Source: Lytechinus pictus (taxonomy: Eukaryota). From it: 64,000 nt of DNA. Position 1 is the stretch's first letter, and each line of letters begins with the position of its first letter. The position numbers and the translations under genes are program-made. The stretch is taken from NCBI RefSeq assembly GCF_037042905.1, contig NC_087251.1, positions 34,288,001-34,352,000 of the forward strand, written 5' to 3'. Positions 63,988-64,000 of this stretch are shown here, piece after piece. The notes below the pieces were generated by a model. It ran no database searches. It was given only the letters and a program-made list of their open reading frames with translations, and was not told where the DNA came from.

Positions 63988-64000
63988 GGTCGAAATCCGG

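Overview
AT-rich metazoan genomic DNA, probably from an echinoderm such as a sea urchin (inferred from calmodulin residues and repeat styles, not proven). Two spliced genes, both on the minus strand, were reconstructed by hand with GT-AG boundaries and consistent phases. (1) A complete calmodulin gene: 6 coding exons, 12348-28282, 149 aa, with an intron at a non-canonical position. (2) A divergent TMEM145-like GOLD-domain/7TM gene: 20 coding exons, 40267-63987, about 1063 aa, with a ~630-aa low-complexity tail ending in a basic amphipathic helix. Introns and intergenic DNA are dense in mobile elements: a near-intact L1/Tx1 ORF2 with one frameshift, a TU-like foldback element carrying a nested Helentron-type element, four hAT-type elements with 8-bp TSDs, several MITEs and tRNA-derived SINEs. 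The most notable candidate novelty is a ~180-bp element in calmodulin intron 2 (18608-18787). Its head is the 7SL RNA Alu domain fused to a strong B box, a SINE body and a (CA)n tail, so it may be an independently evolved Alu-like SINE in an invertebrate. No database searches were possible; all homology calls are from recognised motifs.
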